This document shows, in pieces, positions 12,586-22,417 of a stretch of 64,000 nt of DNA. The position numbers and the translations under genes were made by a program. The notes below the pieces were generated by a model that did no database searches, was not told the origin of the DNA, and was given only the letters and a program-made list of their open reading frames with translations. The stretch's first letter is position 1. Each line of letters begins with the position of its first letter. The DNA comes from Fidelibacterota bacterium (GTDB taxonomy: Bacteria > Fidelibacterota > UBA8477 > JABMPR01), in the NCBI GenBank assembly GCA_024278595.1, contig JAJRSW010000099.1, positions 5,573 through 69,572 on the forward strand, in the 5' to 3' direction.

Positions 12586-13881
12586 TGACCTGGACCAGCC
12601 AATATCAATCACGGATCGGTACGCCTGAAGAGGCCATGTCCCTGATCAAATCCAGGGACTCGGTTTATCTCCACGCCGGTGCAGCTACTCCACAGATATT
12701 TGTGGATGCCTTTAGTAAAAGGGTGATGCAACTCGAGGGTGTCACGATCAGCCATATCCTGAGTTTGGGAGATGCCAAATACGTGACGCCTGAGATGCAG
12801 GGGCATGTACGGTTAAACTCACTTTTTACCGGTGTCAATGTCCGGGAAGCTGTGAATGCTGGACGGGCAGACTGGACGCCGATCTTTTTATCTGAGATTC
12901 CCGGTCTGTACAAGAAAGGGTATCTACCGGTTGATGTGGCCATCATCCATGTGAGTCCACCGGATTCTCATGGATTTTGCAGCTTTGGGGTGAGTACCGA
13001 TACCACCATTGCCGCCTGTAAAGTAGCAAAAAAGATCATTGCCATGGTGAATCAACAGATGCCCAGTGTGCATGGTGATAACTTTATTCATGCTTCCAAA
13101 CTGGACTTCATTGTGGAAGCCGATGAGCCGCTATTCCAGGCTCCCAAGGTCGCATTATCAAAGCGACACATGCAGATCGGTAGGTACATCGCCAGTCTCA
13201 TCTGAAGATGGATCCACGCTTCAGATGGGCATTGGAGCCATACCTGATGCCACCCTGCACTATCTAAAAGAGAAACGCAATCTGGGTATTCATACAGAAA
13301 TGTTCAGCGATGGGGTGGTGGAGTTGGTGGAATCTGGTGTGATAAATGGTGAGGAAAAGACCCTTCATCCAGGGAAAGTTGTATCCAGCATTGTCATGGG
13401 ATCTCAACATGTATATGATTTTATCCATGAAAACCCCTTTATGGAATTTCACCCCACTGATTACGTAAATGACCCCTATATTATCGCCCAAAACCATAAG
13501 ATGGTTGCCATCAATTCTTCCATAGAGATCGATTTGACCGGTCAGGTTTGTTCAGACTCAATGGGAAGGTTGAACTGGTCAGGAATTGGGGGGCAAGTCG
13601 ATTTTATGCGGGGTGCCTCACGCAGTCCAGGTGGTATTCCCATTATCGCCATGCCCTCAACAGCTAAAAAGGGCACCCAATCCCGCATTGTCCTGGATCT
13701 AAAACCAGGAGCCGCTGTGACCACCAGCCGTGGGGATGTGCATTGTATTGTTACTGAATTCGGAATTGCTCAGTTACACGGTAAAACATTAAGAGAACGC
13801 GCCAAAGCCCTGATCGAGATTGCCCACCCTGATTTTCGTGAGGAACTGGAGCGTCAATCCCATGAAAGTAAATTGATATAA
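12585..13881 (+). pseudogene. Acetyl-CoA hydrolase/transferase family gene (4-hydroxybutyrate/succinyl-CoA:acetate CoA-transferase-like) interrupted by a +1 frameshift at about 13200-13204
   Basis: ORF 12585-13205 encodes the N-terminal domain (...FIVEADEPL...IGRYIASLI*). ORF 13066-13881, in another frame, encodes the C-terminal domain starting EDGSTLQMGIGAIPD. Joining the two reconstitutes the conserved IAxLIEDGSTLQxGIG motif if one nucleotide is removed near 13203. Confidence 0.75.
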
Positions 13882-13924
13882 TAAATGATCGAAGACACGA
13901 TATGAATCTGAGGAGGTTCTGAAT

Positions 13925-14293
13925 ATGGCAAAAGCTCGTGGACTTGTTGCAGTAAACGTCGAGGAATGTAAAGGCTGCAATTTATGCGTCGTTGCCTGCC
14001 CCGTTGATGTTCTGCATCTTGCAGACAGTTTTAATACACACGGATATAGTCCTGCTGAATACGATGGTGAAGGTTGTACTGGTTGTGGCGTTTGCTACTA
14101 TGCCTGCCCGGAACCGGGAGCGATCACAGTTTACAAAAACTGGGCAGAAGCCCAGGAGGCCTACATCTGTCAGGTCAAACAGGTGCCCAGTAAGCTGACA
14201 GTAGTTGACTCGGTCAAAGGTATCGCTAAGTGCGAGGCCTGTGGTAAGGACGTAATCCTAAGCAATTTCAGTAATCTAAGTTTTGCGGAGTAA
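13925..14293 (+). CDS. korD: 2-oxoacid:ferredoxin oxidoreductase delta subunit (2x[4Fe-4S] ferredoxin)
   Basis: Two CxxCxxCxxxCP motifs: [12 protein letters not shown] and [12 protein letters not shown]. It lies immediately upstream of the alpha and beta subunits. Confidence 0.85.
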   Translation: MAKARGLVAVNVEECKGCNLCVVACPVDVLHLADSFNTHGYSPAEYDGEGCTGCGVCYYACPEPGAITVYKNWAEAQEAYICQVKQVPSKLTVVDSVKGIAKCEACGKDVILSNFSNLSFAE

Positions 14294-14296
14294 GCA

Positions 14297-15355
14297 ATGG
14301 CTAAACAATTTGTAAAAGGAAATGAAGCGATCGTCAAAGGAGCCATTTTGGCCGGTTGTCGCGCTTATTATGGATATCCCATCACGCCGGCCAGTGAGAT
14401 TGCCCATGCGGCGGCCTTGTATATGCCCATGGTAGGCGGGACCTTCCTTCAGGCTGAAAGTGAGATCGCAGCTATCAATATGGTCTATGGAGCATCTGGA
14501 ACCGGGATCCGGGCCATGACAGCCAGCTCCAGCCCTGGATTCAGTTTAAAACAGGAAGGTTTGTCTTATCTGGCAGGTGCAGAATTACCCTGCGTGGTCG
14601 TTGATATCACCCGTGGCGGTCCGGGACTTGGAAACATTGCACCCGAACAGGCTGATTACCACCAGGTTGTCAAGGGCGGTGGCCACGGCAACTATAAAAA
14701 TATCGTTCTGGCTCCTAACTCGGCCCAGGAGATGTGTGACCTGACCATGCTGGCCTTTGAATTATCTGACAGATACCGTAATCCGGCAGTGGTTCTAGCA
14801 GATGGATTTATCGGCCAGATGATGGAGCCTGTTGATTTTCCAGAACCAGTCACAGAATTTCCTGAAAAGACCTGGGCTGTCCGCGGTGTGGATCGCGATC
14901 GGATGAACCTGGTCAGTTCCATCGAACTGGATCCGGATGATCTGGAACGGCATAACCAGAAATTGCAGCGAAAATACGAGATCATCACCAATAACGACAC
15001 TCGTTATGAGGAATATCAGTTGGATGATGCTGAGTACGTGGTTGTTGGTTATGGGATCGTCTCCCGATTGGTCCATACAGCGATCAATCAATTGCGCGAT
15101 GAGGGTGTCAAGGTTGGTATGCTGCGACCCATAACACTTATGCCATACCCGAGCAAGCGGTTGAGTGAATTGGCAGCTTTGGAGCAAGTCAAAGCTTTTA
15201 GTGTCATCGAATTAAGCAACGGCCAAATGGTTGATGATGTGCGGTTGGCTGTGAATGGCACCAAACCGGTAGAGTTTTATGGTCGCATGGGTGGAAACGT
15301 GCCATCCATTAAAGAATTGGTTCACGAGATCAAACGGATGATGAGGGTACTATGA
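14297..15355 (+). CDS. korA: 2-oxoacid (2-oxoglutarate/2-oxoisovalerate/pyruvate):ferredoxin oxidoreductase alpha subunit
   Basis: 352 aa. N-terminus [35 protein letters not shown] is typical of KorA/PorA/VorA. Confidence 0.9.
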   Translation: MAKQFVKGNEAIVKGAILAGCRAYYGYPITPASEIAHAAALYMPMVGGTFLQAESEIAAINMVYGASGTGIRAMTASSSPGFSLKQEGLSYLAGAELPCVVVDITRGGPGLGNIAPEQADYHQVVKGGGHGNYKNIVLAPNSAQEMCDLTMLAFELSDRYRNPAVVLADGFIGQMMEPVDFPEPVTEFPEKTWAVRGVDRDRMNLVSSIELDPDDLERHNQKLQRKYEIITNNDTRYEEYQLDDAEYVVVGYGIVSRLVHTAINQLRDEGVKVGMLRPITLMPYPSKRLSELAALEQVKAFSVIELSNGQMVDDVRLAVNGTKPVEFYGRMGGNVPSIKELVHEIKRMMRVL

Positions 15356-16785
15356 GCGTCAAAATATTAGGAAAATCAAAAGGCTTCTACGAAACCTACG
15401 AACGTCGTCCCGGAAACAACCAGGAACAAACCCATTACTGTCCCGGTTGTGGTCATGGTATTCTCCATAAAATGATCGCTGAAGCCCTGGTAGATTTCGA
15501 TGTAGCGGAAAACATGATCTTTATCAGTCCGGTTGGGTGTAGCGTCTTTGCCTACTACTATTTTAACGCAGGGAATATTCAAGCTGCCCATGGACGGGCA
15601 CCTGCAGTAGCCACCGGTGTAAAGCGGGCTTTGCCTGAGTCCATTGTGATCTCTTATCAAGGTGATGGTGATCTGGCAGCCATTGGTGGCAATGAGATCC
15701 TCCACGCTGCCAATCGAGGCGAAGCAATAACGGTCTTCTTCGTGAACAACGCCATTTATGGTATGACTGGCGGACAGATGGCTCCCACGACGCTCATTGG
15801 ACAGAAGACCACTACAACGCCCTATGGCCGGACTCTGCAGAATGAGGGCTACCCCATAAAGATGGCCGAGATCATCGCCAGCCTGGAATCCCCGGTTTAT
15901 GTAGAACGGGTGATGCTGGCAGATGTGCGATCCAAAAATGCTGCCCGAAAAGCGGTTCGGAAGGGCATTAAGAATCAGATGGAGAAGAAGGGTTTTTCCT
16001 TTATTGAAGTTCTCTCAACCTGCCCAACGGGTTGGAAGATGACCGCTCCTCAATCTGAGGAATGGATCAAAACTACTTTAGCGGAGAACTTTCCATTGGG
16101 AGTGTATAAAGATATCGCGGATCAGGTTGAACCCCTGGATCTGAGCCTGAATTTGGCCCCACCGGAACGCGTACCCAAGTTGATCGGGCTGGATCAGGAT
16201 AAAATGGACTTTGATACTGCTTCCATGAAGCTCGCTGCAGATATAGATCAGGAGATCAAAATTGCCGGGTTCGGTGGCCAGGGCGTCCTCTCGCTGGGCG
16301 TCTGGTTGAGTGAGATCGGTATGCGTGAAGACCTGGAGGTCAGTTGGATCCCATCCTATGGACCTGAAATGCGTGGTGGCACAGCGAACTGTCATGTGAA
16401 GTTATCCAGAAATAAAATTGGTTCACCCCTGGTGACCCATCCCACAGTCCTGGTGGCCATGAATCGGCCGTCTCTGGAAAAATTTGAAGCTGATGTCGTG
16501 GAGGGGGGGGCCATAGTTTGGGATAGTGCCCTCATCGATGTTGAACCGCAACGGACAGATGTGAGGAATATCCCGGTTCCTGCAACCCGGATCGCCAAGG
16601 AGATTGGTAATAGCAGGGTTTCCAATGTGGTGTTGCTGGGGGTCCTGGCCGGGTTCTCTGATTTTCTTGATCCTTTAGTGGTCCAACGGGTATTACCGCT
16701 TATCTTTAAGAAGAAACATCTTCTGGAGATCAATCTGAAGGCTTTTGAGGTTGGCCTGGGCCTGGGGAGAGAACTCACAGATTGA
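15352..16785 (+). CDS. korB: 2-oxoacid:ferredoxin oxidoreductase beta subunit (TPP-binding) fused to the gamma subunit
   Basis: 477 aa. The N-terminal half carries the TPP-binding Cys motif CPGCGHG and a GDG motif. The C-terminal 180 aa, [15 protein letters not shown]..., is the gamma subunit. Its start overlaps korA by 4 nt (ATGA). Confidence 0.9.
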   Translation: MSVKILGKSKGFYETYERRPGNNQEQTHYCPGCGHGILHKMIAEALVDFDVAENMIFISPVGCSVFAYYYFNAGNIQAAHGRAPAVATGVKRALPESIVISYQGDGDLAAIGGNEILHAANRGEAITVFFVNNAIYGMTGGQMAPTTLIGQKTTTTPYGRTLQNEGYPIKMAEIIASLESPVYVERVMLADVRSKNAARKAVRKGIKNQMEKKGFSFIEVLSTCPTGWKMTAPQSEEWIKTTLAENFPLGVYKDIADQVEPLDLSLNLAPPERVPKLIGLDQDKMDFDTASMKLAADIDQEIKIAGFGGQGVLSLGVWLSEIGMREDLEVSWIPSYGPEMRGGTANCHVKLSRNKIGSPLVTHPTVLVAMNRPSLEKFEADVVEGGAIVWDSALIDVEPQRTDVRNIPVPATRIAKEIGNSRVSNVVLLGVLAGFSDFLDPLVVQRVLPLIFKKKHLLEINLKAFEVGLGLGRELTD

Positions 16786-16925
16786 AGAATTTAAGTTGAA
16801 AAACGGCTATGAATGACCAGGGCAACGCATAGGGCAGGGGATACTCCGAAGTGTTAGCTTGCAGAATCCGCTACGAACTCTGAGTTCTCTGTGCTTAATT
16901 TAAAACCGACAAAAGGAGGTCACAT

Positions 16926-17387
16926 ATGCAATTTACCAGGATCATGGTACCGACAGATTTTTCTGAATCGGCAAAATACGCACTACCCTTTGCAGTGGAT
17001 CTGGCCAGTAAGTATGGCGCCAGCCTGCATGTCCTTCATGTTGTTGAGCCCATTGTAGCACCGGTGGACTTCGCCTGGGGCACCTATAGTTACCCCGATA
17101 TTGAAAAACAATTGAGCGGATATGTGGATGAGTCCCTGGCGAAGATTATGGATGAACAGATTTCTGATGAGATCACGTGTGATTCAACCAGCTTACATGG
17201 CAAACCCTGGCGAGAGATCGTAGCGCATGCCCGGGATCAGCAGATGGATCTGATCGTTATGGCCACTCATGGTCTCAGTGGCTTAAGCCACGCCCTGTAT
17301 GGATCGACTGCTGAGAAGGTCGTTCGCAAGGCTCCCTGTCCCGTACTGATTGTCCGTCATCCTGATGTTAAATTTGAAATGCCCTGA
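16926..17387 (+). CDS. Universal stress protein (UspA family)
   Basis: 153 aa. Opens MQFTRIMVPTDFSE...LHVLHVVEP and ends GSTAEKVVRKAPCPVLIV. A strong GGAGG RBS is present. Confidence 0.85.
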   Translation: MQFTRIMVPTDFSESAKYALPFAVDLASKYGASLHVLHVVEPIVAPVDFAWGTYSYPDIEKQLSGYVDESLAKIMDEQISDEITCDSTSLHGKPWREIVAHARDQQMDLIVMATHGLSGLSHALYGSTAEKVVRKAPCPVLIVRHPDVKFEMP

Positions 17388-17695
17388 TGCGGGGCTCACC
17401 CGAAGGCGAATCAGCTTTATTCGGCCCGTAAAACGGCTAGAATAATAACATATTTCGTCAGGCCAATGCAGCGAAGCACTTAAACTTTAACTTTAAGTGT
17501 GTTGGATGTTATCAACACCCGTTATCTGTTGACGAAATGATATAACAACCTGTACTACAGAGAGATACAGAGATCAGTTCCAGCCAAATGGTACTCAATA
17601 AATTATTTTAGCATTTTGATCCGCGATTTTACTGAGCGTGAATAAAAAGATTTCAGTTTAGCAATTCGAGACCTTTTTTCTATCTTTGAGGCTAA

Positions 17696-18283
17696 ATGGT
17701 CAGCCTGCACACCAATCAGCCCATAGCAGATATTATTTCCAGCCTGGAATATATCTATCGTTTAAAATCGATTTCCCGAAGGGGTTGGGTGCAATCTGGA
17801 ATTCCTCATTCTGAGGTTGAATCTGTGGCTGCCCATAGTTACGGGATGTCCATTCTAATCCTTTTTCTGAGCTCCGAGCTGCAGCAAAGGGGGATTGATA
17901 TCCAACGGTCATTGAACATGGCTTTGATCCATGATATGGCTGAAGCACTCGTGGGTGATATCACGCCTCAGGATGATATCTCTGATGGCGACAAGCTGGC
18001 AGCTGAAGCAGTAGCCATGCAGGAGCTGTTTACTGGTGTGAAGCAGGGTGAGTTCTTTCGCGAATTGTGGAATGAATTTGAGGCCGGGAAAAGCCCGGAA
18101 GCCCAGGTAGTGAAGCGGCTGGATAAATTGGATATGTTGATCCAGGCTTATTTATATGAGAAGCAATTTGAATTACGATTGGATTCTTTTTGGGAGCAGC
18201 TGGATGACCTATTCAAGGATAGTGAATCAGAGTCGATATATAATCATATACGCTCCAATAGATTTGAAATAAAAGGAAGTTAA
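17696..18283 (+). CDS. HD-domain phosphohydrolase (YfbR-like 5'-deoxynucleotidase family)
   Basis: 195 aa. Carries RRGW...ESVAAHSYGM and ALIHDMAEALVGDITP (HD motif). Confidence 0.8.
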   Translation: MVSLHTNQPIADIISSLEYIYRLKSISRRGWVQSGIPHSEVESVAAHSYGMSILILFLSSELQQRGIDIQRSLNMALIHDMAEALVGDITPQDDISDGDKLAAEAVAMQELFTGVKQGEFFRELWNEFEAGKSPEAQVVKRLDKLDMLIQAYLYEKQFELRLDSFWEQLDDLFKDSESESIYNHIRSNRFEIKGS

Positions 18284-18286
18284 GAC

Positions 18287-19777
18287 ATGCGGATTTTGGG
18301 ACTTGTAAAACTTGTATTGATGGCCCTGCTGATAATCAGTCCGGTATTTGCAGAAGAGGATGCCAATGTATCAGCAGACCACGCAACTGAACAGGGGGTC
18401 ACACAGGAAAATGATTCCCATGGTGAGGTCCAGGAGGCAGGCCATAGCACACTCCCACCCATCTGGCTGGTGGCACCTTTTCTCTTATTGTTGATCATGA
18501 TTGCAACAGGACCCTTGTTCTTTCCCCATCTCTGGGAACATCACTACCCCAAGATCGCCATGTCTCTGGGGACCATAGTTGCGGTCTACTATGGTTTTGC
18601 CATGGATCATGGGGTCTACAATCTGCTCCACACTCTGGAGGAGTACATCTCCTTCATTGCACTGCTCACGGCACTGTTCGTGGCTTCAGGGGGTATACTG
18701 ATCAAATTCAATACACGGGGTACACCTTTGGCAAATGCAGCTATTCTGCTGGGCGGTGCCGTACTCTCCAATCTCATCGGGACCACCGGTGCTTCCATGT
18801 TGTTGATCCGCCCCTACATGCGTCTAAATGAAGGTCGTTTAAAACCCTTTCACATCATATTCTTTATTTTTGTGGTGAGTAATATTGGCGGTGGTTTGAC
18901 ACCTATCGGTGATCCGCCCTTATTTCTAGGCTTCCTCAAGGGTGTCCCCTTTTTCTGGGTGATTAGTAATGTCTGGCATATCTGGCTGGTAACGGTACTG
19001 GCCGTAGTGGGCGTTTTTGTGGTGTTTGATATGCGAGTCCCTGGTGGCAGCGCTCCTACTGGAACCGGAAAAGTTGTTGAAATTATTGGTGCTAAAAACT
19101 TTCTGTATCTGGGGGTTGTGATCCTTTCCGTATTCATGGATCCAGCTGTCATCGAAGGTTTTCCAAGTTTACAAAAAATACTTCACCTACCCTTTGGGAT
19201 CCGCGAGATCATTATGTTCACTGTAGCCTATCTGGCATATCGAAATGGTAACAAGGAGGCTCTCAGGGGCAATGAGTTCAACTTTGAGCCCATCAAAGAG
19301 GTGGCGTATCTGTTCATTGGTATCTTTGCCACCATGATCCCTGCCTTGCAGCTGATCGGTGCTTATGCCAAGGATCATGCCGCCGAATTTACGGTGACCC
19401 GCTTTTATTGGTTTACCGGTTCTCTGTCTGGAGTTCTGGACAATGCCCCGACCTATCTGAACTTTCTCGCGGGGGCACTGGGTAAATTTGGATTGGATAT
19501 GGGTTCCCTGAGTGATGTTCAACATTTTGCCGGCGGAACACCCTCACCCATTCCCGGAGACTCTAATTCGGTGGTCTATCTGATGGCGATCTCGGTGGCC
19601 GCTGTGTTTTTTGGAGCCATGACCTATATTGGAAATGCACCAAACTTCATGGTGAAAAATATTGCTGAACAAGCTGGTGTGGATGTTCCCAGTTTTCTGG
19701 GTTACATCTTCAAGTATTCAATCCCGATCCTGTTGCCGATCTTCTTGGTCGTATGGTGGATCTTTTTTAATCTATAA
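18287..19777 (+). CDS. Polytopic membrane transporter of the ion-transporter superfamily (NhaD/ArsB/citrate-transporter-like Na+/H+ antiporter)
   Basis: 496 aa with a signal peptide plus more than 10 predicted TM segments. Motif IGGGLTPIGDPPLFLGFLKGVPFFW. Confidence 0.7.
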   Translation: MRILGLVKLVLMALLIISPVFAEEDANVSADHATEQGVTQENDSHGEVQEAGHSTLPPIWLVAPFLLLLIMIATGPLFFPHLWEHHYPKIAMSLGTIVAVYYGFAMDHGVYNLLHTLEEYISFIALLTALFVASGGILIKFNTRGTPLANAAILLGGAVLSNLIGTTGASMLLIRPYMRLNEGRLKPFHIIFFIFVVSNIGGGLTPIGDPPLFLGFLKGVPFFWVISNVWHIWLVTVLAVVGVFVVFDMRVPGGSAPTGTGKVVEIIGAKNFLYLGVVILSVFMDPAVIEGFPSLQKILHLPFGIREIIMFTVAYLAYRNGNKEALRGNEFNFEPIKEVAYLFIGIFATMIPALQLIGAYAKDHAAEFTVTRFYWFTGSLSGVLDNAPTYLNFLAGALGKFGLDMGSLSDVQHFAGGTPSPIPGDSNSVVYLMAISVAAVFFGAMTYIGNAPNFMVKNIAEQAGVDVPSFLGYIFKYSIPILLPIFLVVWWIFFNL

Positions 19778-19800
19778 TCACTGGGAGAAGGAGAATTTTC

Positions 19801-20193
19801 ATGAGCAAAACTATTCAACAGTCTATTGATGCGCAGGACAAAGGCTTTCTGGTCAAGAATTCGATTTTTCTACCGTTTCATATTGACCTGATCAGTGTGT
19901 GGATCGGGAAGGATATGTCCCTCCTGTCCAAACCAGATGTCCTAACAGATTTTAGTGATCAAAAGGGTGATATCCACCTCCGTGAGGGGGAGAGCTATAC
20001 CAATCTGATCTTTGTTCACCATAAAGAACTGAAAAAGGAGTATGGCCATTACAAGGGTCATATCATCCTGTATGGCACTGAAAAAGGTGCTGATATTTTT
20101 GATCCCGCCAGGCGCCATTATATCAAATTATCCTTCCATGATGACACCAATAATGTTTATATGGAATTGATTGACGATCCATTCGATCTTTGA
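19801..20193 (+). CDS. Hypothetical protein (130 aa)
   Basis: ORF with a GGAGAAGGAG RBS upstream. No family recognised. It overlaps the next ORF by 23 nt. Confidence 0.4.
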   Translation: MSKTIQQSIDAQDKGFLVKNSIFLPFHIDLISVWIGKDMSLLSKPDVLTDFSDQKGDIHLREGESYTNLIFVHHKELKKEYGHYKGHIILYGTEKGADIFDPARRHYIKLSFHDDTNNVYMELIDDPFDL

Positions 20194-21433
20194 TTCAGGA
20201 CCCGGGGTTCCTTTGGAGCAGATCGATCTCGTCATAAGCGGAATTGTTGGTTATTTATTAATAGCTGCCGGATTCGTCCGATGGGTGGGTAGCCGTGTTT
20301 CAAGTGTTCATCAACACCAGTTTGCTTTTGTCACGATCTTTTTATTGATCGTGGGGATAATACCGCAACTCAGTTTACCTCTGGTAGCGCCGGGAATAAT
20401 ATTCAGTCTGGGAATGATGCTCTTCGCTCTACACCTGAGTGCCTATTATTCAGGAACGCCCAAGAATTCCGCCAGTTTATATGCCGTCATATTAAGTCTC
20501 TCTGCGGTGATCCTGGCCCAAATGATCCATCCCTTGCTGCAGGATGTAAGTCTGGCAAGATTCTTTATGATGGGCGGTGTTTGGCTATTGTTATTGAAAC
20601 TGGAGCAGATCATTTCCAACCAGGTCCATCAATATTCTCGGGTGGAATACAGCTTCCTCTGGCTCTGGTTCATCGTGAGTGGGTTAGGTCTTGTGGATAC
20701 CCAGATCCAGGTTTTGCCCGAGCTCTTTTTTCTGGTGTTGCTGTTAACCCATTTTGCCAAACGCTGGCCTCGGCAGAGCATTCCGGCACCGCTGGTTGCT
20801 TTGTATGCCATTTTATTTGTGTGGCATCTGCACTTCCTGGCCCGGGGGCTGCCTGTGGGGATGGAGCTTTCAAATTTACAAATTGCCGTGACCGTAGCCT
20901 TAGTTCTGGGCTTTCTGATTCAGTCCTACCTGGTTAAGAGCCTTACAAGAAAGTTTTTATATTTGTATTTCGCCCAGGAGGTGCTGGTGCTGGGGCTTGG
21001 GATAGAGAACATGTTCCAACCCTCTCAGGAACTTGTGGGTCTTTTGCGACTGCTTCTGTTCATTTCATTGACGGGCCTATTCGTCATGATCGAATCACGA
21101 GAGGGACTGGGGCTGGATACTCAGCTTTTAAACGGCCTGGGTCGTGAGAGGGCAAGATTTACCACAGGCCTGATGACGGTGTCATTATTATTGGTCATTT
21201 ATCCTCTGGTCCATTTCCCAGGTAGCAGTACGATGGTGAAAACACTTCTGGGGTTGCTGACCGTTGTTGGTCTGGCATGGGTCTCAGAGCTGTTTCGATC
21301 AAGCATTCAAAAAACGGATCGGCAATACCGAATTTTACGTCCCTCGCTCTCCATCTGGTCAACAGTGGTCTTTACCTTACTTTGGGCGGCTGTGACCTTG
21401 CTGGAAGTGTTAAGCAGGGATCTAATCGGTTAG
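20171..21433 (+). CDS. Hypothetical polytopic membrane protein (about 400-420 aa, at least 10 TM helices)
   Basis: Long hydrophobic ORF. The start is uncertain because alternative starts lie downstream. Internal ORFs in other frames are shadows. Confidence 0.55.
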   Translation: MTIHSIFDSGPGVPLEQIDLVISGIVGYLLIAAGFVRWVGSRVSSVHQHQFAFVTIFLLIVGIIPQLSLPLVAPGIIFSLGMMLFALHLSAYYSGTPKNSASLYAVILSLSAVILAQMIHPLLQDVSLARFFMMGGVWLLLLKLEQIISNQVHQYSRVEYSFLWLWFIVSGLGLVDTQIQVLPELFFLVLLLTHFAKRWPRQSIPAPLVALYAILFVWHLHFLARGLPVGMELSNLQIAVTVALVLGFLIQSYLVKSLTRKFLYLYFAQEVLVLGLGIENMFQPSQELVGLLRLLLFISLTGLFVMIESREGLGLDTQLLNGLGRERARFTTGLMTVSLLLVIYPLVHFPGSSTMVKTLLGLLTVVGLAWVSELFRSSIQKTDRQYRILRPSLSIWSTVVFTLLWAAVTLLEVLSRDLIG

Positions 21434-21460
21434 GAACTTTAAAATTTAAGGCACACTTCG

Positions 21461-22015
21461 ATGCGACTTACCAAGATCTATACCCGGAACGGTGATTATG
21501 GGACTACCAGATTAGCAAACGGGGAAACCGTTTCAAAAGATTCCCTACGAGTGATCGCTTATGGTGAGATCGATGAACTCAATAGTGTTCTGGGGGTAGT
21601 TCTCACTAAGGATCTGGATCTGAAGGTGGCGGAGATACTGGCCCATATTCAGCATCATCTTTTTGATGTGGGCGGGGAGTTGGCTTCGGCGGGGATGATC
21701 ACCGGCCTGGTCTCAGAGCAGCTGATCCTGGAACTGGAGCACAATATTGATCAATTGAATGCTGATCTACCAGCATTGGAAGAATTCATACTCCCCGGTG
21801 GAACCATTGTGGCTGCTGAGTTGCATCTGGGGCGAACCGTTTGTCGTCGAGCAGAACGTAGTATTGTTAGTTTAAGTCAGACAGAGACTGTTGCGGCAGA
21901 GATCATCAAGTATATCAATCGTCTTTCGGATCTGCTTTTTGTCATGGCCCGCTATGAGAACCACCGGAGTGATAGCCAGGAGATCTACTGGAAAAATCCC
22001 CGTACCTCACAATAG
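21461..22015 (+). CDS. pduO: ATP:cob(I)alamin adenosyltransferase, PduO/MMAB type
   Basis: 184 aa. N-terminus MRLTKIYTRNGDYGTTRLANGETVSKDSLRVIAYGEIDELNSVLG matches the PduO-type ATR consensus. Confidence 0.85.
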   Translation: MRLTKIYTRNGDYGTTRLANGETVSKDSLRVIAYGEIDELNSVLGVVLTKDLDLKVAEILAHIQHHLFDVGGELASAGMITGLVSEQLILELEHNIDQLNADLPALEEFILPGGTIVAAELHLGRTVCRRAERSIVSLSQTETVAAEIIKYINRLSDLLFVMARYENHRSDSQEIYWKNPRTSQ

Positions 22016-22124
22016 GCTCAGTCATGGTCCGCTTGCTAAGGAGTGGAACCCACTTGAGCCAAAGTAGGTTCACCACGCATCACTTGATATTTTTGCGAGC
22101 TTTTTGCTATTCAAGCGGGTAGAC

Positions 22125-22412
22125 CTAAAAAAACTCCAACTGTCTGGCTGTAATAAAAGCACTCCCCAAGAGCTCCTGATCAACAAAAGCTGAAATCTTC
22201 TCAAAACTCGCCTCCAAATACCTGCGATCAGTGGAAACCATGGCAATGGCCAGGGAGGACCGCTGCCACTTATCCAAATAACCGACCTCAGCGACTGAAA
22301 CATTAAAACGGGTTTGTAGTCGATCTTTTAGACTCTTCACCACCCTGCGTTTCTGTTTCAGGCTTTGCGCTACGGGTAGATGCAACTCAAGCTGTAAAAG
22401 ACCGAGCTCCAC
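22125..22412 (-). CDS. DUF503 (YlxP-like) family protein
   Basis: 95 aa. LELHLPVAQSLKQKRRVVKSLKDRLQTRFNVSVAEVGYLDKWQRSSLAI matches the DUF503 pattern. It lies 6 nt downstream of the M1 peptidase gene on the same strand. Confidence 0.7.
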   Translation of the reverse strand: MELGLLQLELHLPVAQSLKQKRRVVKSLKDRLQTRFNVSVAEVGYLDKWQRSSLAIAMVSTDRRYLEASFEKISAFVDQELLGSAFITARQLEFF

Positions 22413-22417
22413 TTAGC

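Noticed and set aside
13066-13205. Two separate overlapping genes (12585-13205 and 13066-13881)
   Set aside because: Together they form one CoA-transferase with a conserved motif restored across the junction. This is a frameshift, not two genes.
16786-16926. Third copy of the AGCS/IMPase leader motif upstream of uspA (shares GGCAGGGGA and CTGAGTTC)
   Set aside because: The similarity is limited to two short words in a different order. It is probably chance.
20581-20937. 118-aa and 60-67-aa internal ORFs on both strands
   Set aside because: They are shadow ORFs within the 20171-21433 membrane-protein gene.
22016-22125. Possible tRNA or tRNA fragment (GGCTCAG...CTTGAGCC hairpin)
   Set aside because: There is no cloverleaf, no T-loop GTTCRANYC and no anticodon arm. 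It is more likely a simple hairpin after pduO.
22070-22303. 77-aa minus-strand ORF
   Set aside because: It is an alternative frame overlapping the DUF503 gene (22125-22412), which has the recognisable family pattern.
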